From an uncultured Gammaproteobacteria bacterium (GTDB lineage: Bacteria; Patescibacteriota; Microgenomatia; UBA10105; UBA927), in contig CAYGFH010000001.1 in assembly GCA_964349125.1 (NCBI GenBank), forward strand, positions 644,801-708,800: a DNA stretch of 64,000 nucleotides, written 5' to 3'. The position numbers and the translations under genes are program-made. The notes under the pieces were generated by a model, which searched no databases, had not been told where the DNA came from, and saw only the letters and a program-made list of their open reading frames with translations. Below are positions 17,367 to 26,902 of this stretch, in pieces; the first letter of the stretch is position 1; every line of letters begins with the position of its first letter.

Positions 17367-18077
17367 TTACGAACCAAATCGACGGTGTCTCATCTCATAC
17401 TGTTCAACCAGATTATCAAGCTTTTCTGGTGAAAAGTCGGGCATGTGCCAGTCAACAAAAAACAGTTCACTGTATTGGCTTTGCCAGAGTAAAAATCCGC
17501 TCAACCGTTTTTCACCACCGGTTCGAATCACCATTTCAGGGTCAGGTATCCCTGCTGTATCCAAAAATTGTGTAAAGTACTCTTCAGATATCTTTGTATT
17601 TGGTGTTTGAGAGGCATGACTGTCAAGAAGCCTGTTACATGCCCTGATAATTTCATCGCGTCCTCCATAATTAAGGGCAAACACAACAGTTATTCTTGTA
17701 TTATCTTTCGTTTTTTCGCTGTAGTGAGAAAGAAGCTCTCTGATGTCACTGTCAAATGATGCTGTATCCCCAATGACGCGGATCCGAATGCCCTTTTTAT
17801 GCATACGGTCACCAAATGTTTTAAATCCATACCGAAGCAGATTCATAATGCCCTTTACCTCCGCACTATCCCGTTTCCAATTTTCTGTGGACCACGCCCA
17901 TAATGTGAGAAACTGTATACCCATATCGGCCGCGTGTTCTATGAGAGATTCAAGGACACCATCTACGACTTTTCTGTGTCCCTCAAGAATCGGAAGATTA
18001 TGTTCCCTCGCCCACCGCCTATTCCCATCCATAATGATTGCGATATGCTCCGGAATTGTTGGTTTTGTCGTCTTCAT
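17367..18077 (-). CDS. uppS: undecaprenyl-diphosphate synthase (cis-isoprenyl transferase)
   Basis: 236 aa. HIAIIMDGNRRWA, a second DGNRR-like block and RTGGEKRLSGFLLWQ match the UPPS family. Confidence 0.85.
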   Translation of the reverse strand: MKTTKPTIPEHIAIIMDGNRRWAREHNLPILEGHRKVVDGVLESLIEHAADMGIQFLTLWAWSTENWKRDSAEVKGIMNLLRYGFKTFGDRMHKKGIRIRVIGDTASFDSDIRELLSHYSEKTKDNTRITVVFALNYGGRDEIIRACNRLLDSHASQTPNTKISEEYFTQFLDTAGIPDPEMVIRTGGEKRLSGFLLWQSQYSELFFVDWHMPDFSPEKLDNLVEQYEMRHRRFGS

Positions 18078-18080
18078 AGA

Positions 18081-19061
18081 TTAAAACAAATGTGATGTGA
18101 CAGTTCTGGTACCCACTGCAGGCGCATTGACTATGACTCTGCACACTCCGCCAATTGCACCAACCAGAGATACGACCTGCTGTTCATGTTTAGCCTCACA
18201 TAAGACGTGTACATTGGGACCTGCATCAATCGTATAGTACACGGGGAGTCCATCTTCCCGCCACTTGGAAATTGAATTCATCAACTCAATTGTCACATCA
18301 TTCCAATATTGTAGTGGTGGGGTTTGCGTTTGCATGACGGCGTGCATGGAAAGACACTCATCTTCCACGAGCTGACCAAACCGCACAAAATCACGCGCGT
18401 GAAATGCATCCAGCATACAACTGAGTGTTCTATCTATCCCCTGTTGCCTTTTTTCCCACAAGGGACTTGAAGAGACCTTTTGGTGGCCTTCGGATGTAGA
18501 GACCTTCTTCATCGAGGTATCGACAATACACAGAATGTCCCTCAGATCCCAAAATGTCGAGGGAGCGATGCTGTGTGCATACGACGTGTCATCAGATGTC
18601 CCCTTGTCCCACACGACAAATCCGTCGGGAATGCTCCTGCATGCTGACCCTGATCCTCTCCTTGCTAGTATCGTCAATTCCCGCTCTGAAAAAGTCAGTC
18701 CCAGTGCGCCGGAAGCTGCCACTGTTAATGCCGCGAATCCCGACGCGGATGACGCTACTCCCGTGCCTTTAGGAAAAGAATTTTTTGTCACGATACGGGC
18801 ACTTTTTTTACTACCTGCCAGAGTACGCAACACGGTAATATGGTCAACGATCCGCTGAGACTCGTGTGTGGAAACACTCTCACCATCAAACGAGACGAGG
18901 TCCTTGGTATATTCATTCGAAAACTCTACGGTTGTCACGGTGGTTGCCTTTGTGAGATTCATCGAGAACGAAGAGTTCGCAGGCAGTCTGCTTGCAGCAT
19001 CACGCTTCCCCCAATATTTGAGAAATGCGATATTTGCCGGCGCTATAGCTGTGGTTTTCAT
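18081..19061 (-). CDS. mvaD: diphosphomevalonate decarboxylase (GHMP family)
   Basis: 326 aa. APANIAFLKYWGKRD N-terminal signature and GHMP ATP-binding motif GTGVASSASGFAAL. Confidence 0.8.
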   Translation of the reverse strand: MKTTAIAPANIAFLKYWGKRDAASRLPANSSFSMNLTKATTVTTVEFSNEYTKDLVSFDGESVSTHESQRIVDHITVLRTLAGSKKSARIVTKNSFPKGTGVASSASGFAALTVAASGALGLTFSERELTILARRGSGSACRSIPDGFVVWDKGTSDDTSYAHSIAPSTFWDLRDILCIVDTSMKKVSTSEGHQKVSSSPLWEKRQQGIDRTLSCMLDAFHARDFVRFGQLVEDECLSMHAVMQTQTPPLQYWNDVTIELMNSISKWREDGLPVYYTIDAGPNVHVLCEAKHEQQVVSLVGAIGGVCRVIVNAPAVGTRTVTSHLF

Positions 19062-20542
19062 GATAGTACTCCGATCAGAGACAATGCCTGTAAGGCGCCT
19101 TGGGTAAACTTCATACCCCCGGATACAATTCTCGTCCGAAGTGTCTCCGGGTCTATACAGAGAATCTCTGCAACTTCGTCAGGATGCGCTTTAAATGGAC
19201 CTGAATGCACACCCGTGTATACCACGGCTCTTTCTGATTCCATTGTATTTTTTATGATCATCTTTCCGGCAAATTCCAGGTGTGTATCTACACCGATTTC
19301 CTCCCGAAGTTCCCTGTGCGCAGCTTCCTCATCCGTTTGTCCCTGCATCACATGACCGGCTGCCGATATACCCCATAAGCCCGCGTCCATATCTTTTGTC
19401 ATCGTCCTTTTTTGTAGTACAAGCTCGCCGTTATCCGTAGTAAGTAGTACTCCGACAGTCCTATGCATAAGTGTGGAATTCGCGTGGCACTCTGCCCTGG
19501 TTCTGTACTCAATAATCTGATCTGCCTCGTCCACGACAATGAGCATTTCAGATTGATTATCTGTTGTTTCTCGCCTCACACCTGGCGCGTCTAAATCAAC
19601 TGAAATAACTTCTCCGCCCGCCTGATTGATCGCCAAAGCCACCGCGTCTTTACACGCCGCATCAACCACAGCGAGCATACAGTCTCCCCCACCTGCTCCC
19701 GATAATTTTGCGCCGAGAGCACCTGCTTCTTTGGCGGCATGAAGCAGTGATTCAAGCTTCTCTGAACTAACCCCTAAATCCCTGAGATATTCCTGATTAA
19801 AATTCATGAGAGTTCCGATTCTATCCCACTCAGATGATGCCAATCGATGCGCCGCATCTGTAACAAGATCTGTTATCGCCGTAAATATCCGCTCAACTTT
19901 TTCAGGTTCGGCTGTGCGTTTTGCCGCAACAGCACGAACGATCGATACGGTATCTGCTTTCACTCCACTGTACCCCACGAGTATCGGTAAAGATGTTACA
20001 GGCAACTGTTCCACTACGTCTGCGCCTGACTGGTAGAGTATAGTTCCACCCCACACAGCACAGGCAACATCAAATCCGGATCCTACCTGCTGAACATCCA
20101 ATACTGCCGCATATGCTATATCGAACAATTCTTTGGACTTTATATTATGTCCATACAGCTCAGACAGTGCATACACCATGCACACAACACTTGCTGATGA
20201 CGATCCGAATCCAAACGTAGAGGGAAAATCAGATTGAGTCGACACAGCGACTCCCCCATCTATGGGGTGTCGCGCGAGATATCGTCGTAGCGCGGCGACA
20301 ATAAACGCAGCTTCTTTTGGAATATCATCTTTCCCGAGATCTGACAGCGAGAGTGAGTATTCAGGGAGACCGACATCGGGAGCCCGAAGCGTCAATACAT
20401 GATCAGGTACCGATGATAGCGTAAGGTGCATTCGCTTTCCGACGGCAGTTACAATACACGGATGCCCGTACACGACGGCGTGATCCCCAAACAGCAGCAA
20501 CTTTCCCGGCGCACTGACTGTGATTGTCGAGTTATTTTTCAT
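19058..20542 (-). CDS. GHMP kinase (phosphomevalonate/mevalonate kinase-like) fused to a C-terminal Nudix/IDI-like domain
   Basis: 494 aa. N-terminal ~330 aa: APGKLLLFGDHAVVYG and GFGSSSASVV GHMP motifs. C-terminal ~150 aa: HRTVGVLLTT...GLWGISAAGHV...DEEAAHRELREEIGV, a Nudix-fold pattern as in type-1 IPP isomerase, but with Ala in place of the IDI Cys. Confidence 0.65.
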   Translation of the reverse strand: MKNNSTITVSAPGKLLLFGDHAVVYGHPCIVTAVGKRMHLTLSSVPDHVLTLRAPDVGLPEYSLSLSDLGKDDIPKEAAFIVAALRRYLARHPIDGGVAVSTQSDFPSTFGFGSSSASVVCMVYALSELYGHNIKSKELFDIAYAAVLDVQQVGSGFDVACAVWGGTILYQSGADVVEQLPVTSLPILVGYSGVKADTVSIVRAVAAKRTAEPEKVERIFTAITDLVTDAAHRLASSEWDRIGTLMNFNQEYLRDLGVSSEKLESLLHAAKEAGALGAKLSGAGGGDCMLAVVDAACKDAVALAINQAGGEVISVDLDAPGVRRETTDNQSEMLIVVDEADQIIEYRTRAECHANSTLMHRTVGVLLTTDNGELVLQKRTMTKDMDAGLWGISAAGHVMQGQTDEEAAHRELREEIGVDTHLEFAGKMIIKNTMESERAVVYTGVHSGPFKAHPDEVAEILCIDPETLRTRIVSGGMKFTQGALQALSLIGVLS

Positions 20543-21479
20543 CTAACCGTACTCCTTCTTCTCCGAGTGAAATATGGGTAAGCTCATACGCATAGTGTGA
20601 GAGCACAGAGGCGACACGGGCGCGGTCCGGGTGATAGCCCAGCATAAATCCGACCCCGTTTTCCACCCCACCCCCACCCAATATCTTGACCGCACCGCCA
20701 ATGTGCTCTATTTCCCGTATACACGGCAGTACTGAGGCACTCACCACTCCCATGTGTTCCAATGTTTTCTCGCCAATTTTCATGGCATCTATGAGTGTCT
20801 GTTCATCCCCTTCTTTTATTGCCACCGTGATGCGTCGAACCTGCGCTTCGTTAATGGAGAATTGTGTATGCAGGGCATCAGCATCAGTGGATACAGATGA
20901 TGCGACGCGCGTCACCATATCGCCTGTGGATTCCTTTGGTCTACCGGTATTGATGAGGAAAAAATGAGAGAGAGTCGGATGAAGCTTAAAGGGCAATTGC
21001 CATATGCTTTTGAGGAACTCAAGCTCCCTCCTATACCAAATAAATCCGCCCATGGTCACTGCTGTGTTATCACCACCTGACGGATTTTTATGTTGTTTTT
21101 TTTCAATTTCATACGCCAGTTCATTTATGCGAATAGGATTCCAGATCTTTTTATAGTGGTACAGCATAGCACCCGCAATACCAACTGCCATAGCAGCAGA
21201 TGATCCTAAGTGAAATCCTGAAGGGATATCGGACGAAATAGTTATACGGGCGGGCGTGGGATGAGTTATAGCAAGTGTGTCCAAAAGATATCGCACAGCG
21301 TGCTGTGCGTGTTTTACTCCGACCGAAGAATCCACATGGATATCGGTTTCGTCGGGTGCGCCATGTTCAATAGTTACTCGAAGTCGTCTGTTTACTGCGC
21401 AAAGCAACGCAGGGTATCCGTACACGACGGCGTGTTCGCCCATTAAATGTATTTTTCCCGGAACTGACACTGTCGTCAT
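20532..21479 (-). CDS. mvk: mevalonate kinase (GHMP family)
   Basis: 315 aa. VPGKIHLMGEHAVVYG and PSGFHLGSSAAMAVG motifs. Confidence 0.7.
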   Translation of the reverse strand: MTTVSVPGKIHLMGEHAVVYGYPALLCAVNRRLRVTIEHGAPDETDIHVDSSVGVKHAQHAVRYLLDTLAITHPTPARITISSDIPSGFHLGSSAAMAVGIAGAMLYHYKKIWNPIRINELAYEIEKKQHKNPSGGDNTAVTMGGFIWYRRELEFLKSIWQLPFKLHPTLSHFFLINTGRPKESTGDMVTRVASSVSTDADALHTQFSINEAQVRRITVAIKEGDEQTLIDAMKIGEKTLEHMGVVSASVLPCIREIEHIGGAVKILGGGGVENGVGFMLGYHPDRARVASVLSHYAYELTHISLGEEGVRLDEK

Positions 21480-21784
21480 AGTGAGAGAGGTTTCACCTTT
21501 ATGCCGTATGGTATTACATCATCTGTGCCTGATTGCGCCGTTTTTCTCACAATGGTTATTACTTTTTTCCCAACTTCCAAGGCATCCAAATCACAATCAA
21601 CTATCTGTACACATAACGATTCGCCTGATTCGAGCCGAACAATTGCTACCGCATATGGGGCCTGATACCCAAAGTTTGCGGGCGGCACTCTGATAATTGT
21701 CCACGTCACAAGCTCCCCTATTTTCCCTATCATTCGCGCTACATATTTCTGATTTCTCCACACTTTTACCGGCGATATCATCAT
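21476..21784 (-). CDS. DUF35 OB-fold protein (thiolase/HMG-CoA synthase scaffold, archaeal type)
   Basis: 102 aa. OB-fold region (RVPPANFGYQAPYAVAIVRLESG...) of the DUF35 family that partners archaeal thiolase and HMGCS. It lies directly between those genes and mvk, and its stop overlaps the mvk start. Confidence 0.6.
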   Translation of the reverse strand: MMISPVKVWRNQKYVARMIGKIGELVTWTIIRVPPANFGYQAPYAVAIVRLESGESLCVQIVDCDLDALEVGKKVITIVRKTAQSGTDDVIPYGIKVKPLSL

Positions 21785-21820
21785 AGTTTAGCGTTTAGGG
21801 TACAGGGTTAAGTGTATGTG

Positions 21821-22999
21821 TTACTTTACCCTTTCCGCTACCCCCTTTTTAAGTATATGAACAACAGCGGTGGCACCACTGCCTCCTACATTGTGCGTCA
21901 GACCGTACGTTGCATCTGACACCTGGCGCTTGACCGCTTTTCCACGTAATTGATCGGCGACCTCGACTAACTGTTTCACCCCTGTAGCCCCAACGGGATG
22001 CCCGCATCCTTTGAGCCCACCGGACGTATTTACGACGAGCCGGGTGGAGGAGCCGAGCGTGGTTTCTCCGCGCTCAATTGCACCGGCGGCGCTTCCTTTT
22101 TCATAAAACCCCAAATCTTCCATTGCGAGAATTTCCGCTATGGTAAAACAGTCATGAACTTCAGCGACATCGATATCACCCGGTCCAATTCCAGCAAGAG
22201 CATATGCCTTTGCACTGGCTGTTCGCGTGGCCTTGAGCTCTAACAGGCTCGACCGCTGGGCAAGTGACAACGTATCCGTGGCAACAACAGACGACACGAT
22301 CTCGACAGCGTGTGATCCCAAATGTTGTCGCAATTTTTTGTTTGACGTTATGACAATCGCCGATGCTCCATCTGAAATCGGAGAACAATCAAGAAGTGTT
22401 AAGGGGTCGGCGATACAGGAGCTTTTAAGTACCTGTTCAACTGTTATTGCGCTGTGGAATTGCGCGTTTGGATTTATAAGAGCATGTGCATGATTTTTAA
22501 CGGCGACTGACGCGATTTGCTCCCTTGTCGTACCAAATTCACGCATGTGGGCACCCGCAAGCATCGCGTATAACCCCGGGAACGTGGCTCCGGAGAGCCG
22601 TTCAGGTTCACTACCTGCACCCATGAGCGCGGTTGCAACGTCCTCTGGTTTATGATCGGTCATCTTTTCGACACCCAAAACCACAACTGTTTCATACTGA
22701 CCGGAGAGCACACCATTAACCGCGTTATGTGCGGCAAGACCTCCGGAAGCACAGGCTCCCTCTACTTTAAATGCCGGAACAGGTAGTCCTAATTCTTCAG
22801 CAAAAAATGCACCCAAATGTTCTTGACCGCCAAGCATCCCTGAAAGCATGTTGCCTACAAACAATGCCTCAACAGCAGAGGGCTCGATACCCGCATCTCT
22901 GAGGGCATCACCGACCGCCTGTTTGGCAAGGACCCGGGGGGATACCCCCCAGAGTTCTCCAAATTTCGTTGTTGCGGCTCCAATTATGTATATACTCAT
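21821..22999 (-). CDS. acetyl-CoA C-acetyltransferase (archaeal-type/SCP-x-like thiolase)
   Basis: 392 aa. Thiolase fold with active-site Cys region (GACASGGLA) and a C-terminal GHPVGATG motif. Short, archaeal-type. Confidence 0.8.
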   Translation of the reverse strand: MSIYIIGAATTKFGELWGVSPRVLAKQAVGDALRDAGIEPSAVEALFVGNMLSGMLGGQEHLGAFFAEELGLPVPAFKVEGACASGGLAAHNAVNGVLSGQYETVVVLGVEKMTDHKPEDVATALMGAGSEPERLSGATFPGLYAMLAGAHMREFGTTREQIASVAVKNHAHALINPNAQFHSAITVEQVLKSSCIADPLTLLDCSPISDGASAIVITSNKKLRQHLGSHAVEIVSSVVATDTLSLAQRSSLLELKATRTASAKAYALAGIGPGDIDVAEVHDCFTIAEILAMEDLGFYEKGSAAGAIERGETTLGSSTRLVVNTSGGLKGCGHPVGATGVKQLVEVADQLRGKAVKRQVSDATYGLTHNVGGSGATAVVHILKKGVAERVK

Positions 23000-23027
23000 C
23001 GTTAATCGTTAATCGTTAATCGTTAAT
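23000..23027. repeat. 7-bp tandem repeat (CGTTAAT) x4 immediately 5' of the thiolase start codon
   Basis: CGTTAATCGTTAATCGTTAATCGTTAAT, directly adjacent to the start codon complement at 22997-22999. Confidence 0.8.
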
Positions 23028-23062
23028 CGCGATTTGCGGTTAACGGATAGCGGTTTACGGTA

Positions 23063-24112
23063 TTAAATTTTGTGTGTTTTTTTCAGATATCCGACATAAT
23101 CAATGTATGTTTTTTGGGATATTTGCTCGGACACCGTGGTCCTATACGCATTTGCACGGGATCTAAATGCGACTATTTCTTCTGTCACTTCCCATACAAA
23201 CGAATCACTCCCTGCTCCTGATCCATACGATGCCATAAATATTTTTTCGCCAGGTTTTGCTATATCAAGCACGGCCGCAAGCCCCAAGAGCGCTGATGCG
23301 GAGTAGGGATTACCGATGGCATCAACGGTGAGAGACGGCAGGAGCTGTTCTTTGGTAAACCCAAGACGACGGGCCACATCACGCGGGAATTTTCCATTCG
23401 GCATATGAAACACACAGTATGAAAAATCACTTGGCTTCATATCTGTCTTCTGCAACAGTTGGGTTGACGCTCCCATGACGTGGGCAAAGTATGCCGGTTC
23501 ACCGGTAAATCGACCTGAGTGGGATGGATACCGCAATCCGTCCCGTCTCCAAAAATCCGGTGTGTCCGACGAAAATGATGAATATGAAATGAGAGACGCG
23601 ATGCACTGTGTAGATCCGAGAATGTATGCTGCTCCTGCTGCCGCTGATGTATATTCAAGCGCATCATGCGGTTTGCTTTGCGCGGTATCTGCGCCAATAA
23701 CCATTCCATGCTCCACATGGCCTGATCCCACTATACCTGCGATTGCCTGCATGCCCGCTGTTGCGGCTTTACAGGCAAATTGCATATCAACTGCCAGGTA
23801 TGAATTACCTATGCTGAGTAACTCTCCCACGATAGTGGAGGTAGGATTCACTGCATACGGATGACTCTCGCTCCCGACAAAGAGCACATCGATATCTGTG
23901 GGATTGCCTGAATATCCATATAGACTTTGGCACCCTGCTTCAAGGGCTATGGTGACGGCATCTTCATCCACTCCCGGCACTGATTTTTCTTTAATACCAA
24001 GTGATCCCTGAATTTCCACACCGTTTTTATCCCATGCATGTGCAATATCAGACAGCTTCACCCGATAGGTCGGTATATACGTTCCATATGATACGATCCC
24101 TGTCTGTTTCAT
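23063..24112 (-). CDS. hydroxymethylglutaryl-CoA synthase (archaeal-type)
   Basis: 349 aa. Thiolase-like condensing enzyme with catalytic Cys context (DMQFACKAATAG) and His/Asn regions. Short form as in archaea. Operon context supports the call. Confidence 0.8.
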   Translation of the reverse strand: MKQTGIVSYGTYIPTYRVKLSDIAHAWDKNGVEIQGSLGIKEKSVPGVDEDAVTIALEAGCQSLYGYSGNPTDIDVLFVGSESHPYAVNPTSTIVGELLSIGNSYLAVDMQFACKAATAGMQAIAGIVGSGHVEHGMVIGADTAQSKPHDALEYTSAAAGAAYILGSTQCIASLISYSSFSSDTPDFWRRDGLRYPSHSGRFTGEPAYFAHVMGASTQLLQKTDMKPSDFSYCVFHMPNGKFPRDVARRLGFTKEQLLPSLTVDAIGNPYSASALLGLAAVLDIAKPGEKIFMASYGSGAGSDSFVWEVTEEIVAFRSRANAYRTTVSEQISQKTYIDYVGYLKKTHKI

Positions 24113-25275
24113 GACCTCGCTCCCCTTCCCAACTGAGCATGTGCCCGCGAGAGACTCCCCTCGGATAGTGAGGCCAACAGTGAGACCTCACCGGCGAGCA
24201 CGGCTCCACCGACTACTTCTGCAAATTCCTGTGAAGTCAGTGGTTTTGTACTACCTGCGACTCCTACTATAGCGAGTGCCTCTTTTTGCGTTGCAAGTGT
24301 GGTTCCGCCGCCGACTGTGCCAACAAGTAGGTCAGGAAGGTAGACACTCATGTAGAGCCCCCCGTCAACAATTTCGCAGGTGGTAATACCCAAACTTCCT
24401 TCAACCACATGGGCAATATCCTGTCCTGTTGCCAGAAATACTGCGGCGATAATATTTGCATACTGCGCATTAAATCCCATGGAACCTGCCATGGCACTAC
24501 CGATCATGCACTTTGATAACCAGACGTCATAGAGCTTGGGCGCTGTTGTTTTGAGAACGTCTGCAATAACTTCACCTGTCAGGAGTACTTCGGCTCGAGA
24601 CTCAAATCCGCGGCCGCGGACAAAATTGATCCATGCAGGTTTTTTATCTATATCGTAATTACCGGCAACACTCAGACACTGCACGCCGGTCTGGGAGTTG
24701 AGGTGAGACGCAATGGCATCAGAGGCAATCGTAACCATATTCATACCCATTGCATCCTGCGTATGAAACACCAATCGCACAAAGACCTGTTTTCCCACAG
24801 ATTTCACAGTTATATCAGACAGAGCGATATGAGAAGACGTGGTTTTGGCAACGCGATCCAGATCTGACTCATGTTCATATATATAAGACGCAAGCGTTTC
24901 CCCTTCACGCACTCCGGACACTCGGAACACGAGCCCTCTACTTGTTCCTATCCGAAACGCGGATGTGGTTGCTCCCCCGCTTTTTGTAATCGCCTTACAC
25001 CCCCTGTTTACTGACGCCACCAGCGCCCCTTCAGTGGTGGAGAGCGGCACATAATACGAACGTGGTGAATCGGACACATCCGCTGTCCCTCGAAGAGTGA
25101 GTGGACCCGCTACGCCCACGGGGATTTGTGTGAAACCGATCATATTTTCGCAGTTTTTTGTGCTGGCTATAGTGGTATCAAGCGTACTTGAGCCGATATG
25201 TGGAAGCGCAACAGATAGTGAGTCCTCAAGTGACTTTCTTCGCTCGGATACTGATGTGTGTGTGCGCATATTCAT
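24109..25275 (-). CDS. hmgA: HMG-CoA reductase, class I
   Basis: 388 aa. ENMIGFTQIPVGVAGPL, VPLSTTEGALVAS, DAMGMNMV and GTVGGGT motifs of class-I HMGR. Confidence 0.85.
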   Translation of the reverse strand: MNMRTHTSVSERRKSLEDSLSVALPHIGSSTLDTTIASTKNCENMIGFTQIPVGVAGPLTLRGTADVSDSPRSYYVPLSTTEGALVASVNRGCKAITKSGGATTSAFRIGTSRGLVFRVSGVREGETLASYIYEHESDLDRVAKTTSSHIALSDITVKSVGKQVFVRLVFHTQDAMGMNMVTIASDAIASHLNSQTGVQCLSVAGNYDIDKKPAWINFVRGRGFESRAEVLLTGEVIADVLKTTAPKLYDVWLSKCMIGSAMAGSMGFNAQYANIIAAVFLATGQDIAHVVEGSLGITTCEIVDGGLYMSVYLPDLLVGTVGGGTTLATQKEALAIVGVAGSTKPLTSQEFAEVVGGAVLAGEVSLLASLSEGSLSRAHAQLGRGARS

Positions 25276-25283
25276 AGTGGCAA

Positions 25284-25916
25284 TTATATAAAGGGTATAC
25301 GAAATACGCCTATACGGTACATCAGTACGCTATAGAGACCAAGGAGCGGGAGCACGATAGCGCTAAGGAGTGAAATTTTGGCCAAATCCAGACGAAGCCC
25401 AAACCGAAGAGCTAAATATGAGAGTGTTATTTTCCAAAATAACAACGTAATGGATATAAGTAAATATAATGCACTAAATAGAATGCCGGTTCCGTTTGTA
25501 GACCGCGGAGGCGGCAGGAGTATATAGAGAAATGATGTCATCCAAAACCAAACGACAGTGGGAAGAAGCGTGTATCCCCAACTCACAACAAATCCTTTAA
25601 GCTTTCCCGATCGACCAAATAACGCACTGACGCACCAAAACAGGCCAATCACAATAATAAATGTGGATACAAATCCCGCCATAAGCACGATCCACTGTTT
25701 GGTAAGCAAATATGGTCGAAACAGTGATGTTTTCACGATTGATGCCACGGAAAAATACACGGCCACGATAAGTGCCAGGATTCCGAGTTCTTCGTATCTG
25801 GCGTGGTCAACTATCGCACGGAACGTCTCATACGGCTTCGTCACGACCCCGAGGGTGCGTAACCCAAAAAACACAAGTGATTGTTGCAGAGATCTGATCA
25901 TAAAATAGAGCCACAC
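25284..25916 (-). CDS. hypothetical polytopic membrane protein (Yip1-like)
   Basis: 210 aa, 5-6 TM. No motif recognised. Confidence 0.4.
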   Translation of the reverse strand: MWLYFMIRSLQQSLVFFGLRTLGVVTKPYETFRAIVDHARYEELGILALIVAVYFSVASIVKTSLFRPYLLTKQWIVLMAGFVSTFIIVIGLFWCVSALFGRSGKLKGFVVSWGYTLLPTVVWFWMTSFLYILLPPPRSTNGTGILFSALYLLISITLLFWKITLSYLALRFGLRLDLAKISLLSAIVLPLLGLYSVLMYRIGVFRIPFI

Positions 25917-26023
25917 ACAGCCCTACTGTAGTAGTCGTAGACACAGGACAAAACCATGCGCGAAGAGAGGGAATACGAACGTCTCTATACCGCCAACGGG
26001 CATGGAGCGATGAGAAAACCAGC

Positions 26024-26260
26024 TTAAAATCCTTTCTGCAAGATACTCACGAGGAGGGTTATCGTCGACCCGAATAGCATATACAGTCCAATGACTAACA
26101 GTAACGAACACACAACGATTGCGGCAAGGGGCATGACCTTTAACCGCTTAACCAGTATTTTATAGAGCGGTGTGAACGGACCGACTGTCTGAACGGGCAA
26201 ATCGGTAACCTCTTCCCACCGTTTCACAAATTTTTTGAACACTGCATCGTTTGATTTCAT
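26024..26260 (-). CDS. small membrane protein, candidate anti-sigma factor
   Basis: 78 aa. Cytoplasmic N-terminus and a single C-terminal TM. Its start overlaps the stop of the ECF sigma gene (ATGA). Confidence 0.3.
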   Translation of the reverse strand: MKSNDAVFKKFVKRWEEVTDLPVQTVGPFTPLYKILVKRLKVMPLAAIVVCSLLLVIGLYMLFGSTITLLVSILQKGF

Positions 26261-26808
26261 ATGGATATAAAAAGCTCCACAAATGCTTTGCGCGCGCGGA
26301 ACAGTTGTGACTCTGCGCCTTTCATGGATAAGGCGAATTTACTTGCGATGTCAGATACTGACAGATTTTCTACGTATTTTGATACGAGAAGTGATTTGTA
26401 ATGAGGCAACAGTTTACCAAATACCGTCTGTATTTTTTCCTTAAGTAGCACGATGTCCAGCTCCTCTTCCGGATTTTTCTGTGACGATATGAGCGTTTCT
26501 AAATTTGGCATCTGAGAAAATACCATTTGCTTTAATTTTTTGCGTCTGTAAAAATCGATGATTTTATTGTGGCAAATCGCATAGAGGAATGTGGTGATAC
26601 TGGAGTTTCCGTGAAAGTCCCGCAATGCTTCCAAAAAGGCAAATAACGTATCCTGCAGTATTTCTTCGCAATCCGCCGGGTTATTTACTTTTGTCCGAAT
26701 ATACGAGGTGAGTTTCGGCGTGTATCGCCTGTAAAATACCGCCAGTGCCTTCCGATCTCGAGCGAGTATTTGACGAATCAGGAGTGTATCATTAGCGTGA
26801 TCAATCAT
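26257..26808 (-). CDS. RNA polymerase sigma-70 factor, ECF subfamily
   Basis: 183 aa. Region 2 (LQDTLFAFLEALRDF, FLYAICHNKIIDFYRR) and region 4 HTH (LSVSDIASKFALSMKGAESQLFRARKAF). Confidence 0.75.
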   Translation of the reverse strand: MIDHANDTLLIRQILARDRKALAVFYRRYTPKLTSYIRTKVNNPADCEEILQDTLFAFLEALRDFHGNSSITTFLYAICHNKIIDFYRRKKLKQMVFSQMPNLETLISSQKNPEEELDIVLLKEKIQTVFGKLLPHYKSLLVSKYVENLSVSDIASKFALSMKGAESQLFRARKAFVELFISI

Positions 26809-26862
26809 AAGAATGTGGGAAAACTATACCACACACTCCATGGTTCCCACAAATTTATACAA

Positions 26863-26893
26863 ATTGACAGGACCGCACAAACTGCCATACACT
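26863..26893 (+). promoter_or_regulatory. candidate promoter for pilin array (-35 TTGACA at 26863-26868, -10-like TACACT at 26888-26893)
   Basis: TTGACA, a 19-nt spacer, then TACACT. ATG at 26903 implies a very short or leaderless 5'UTR. Confidence 0.3.
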
Positions 26894-26902
26894 ATTAGAT
26901 AT

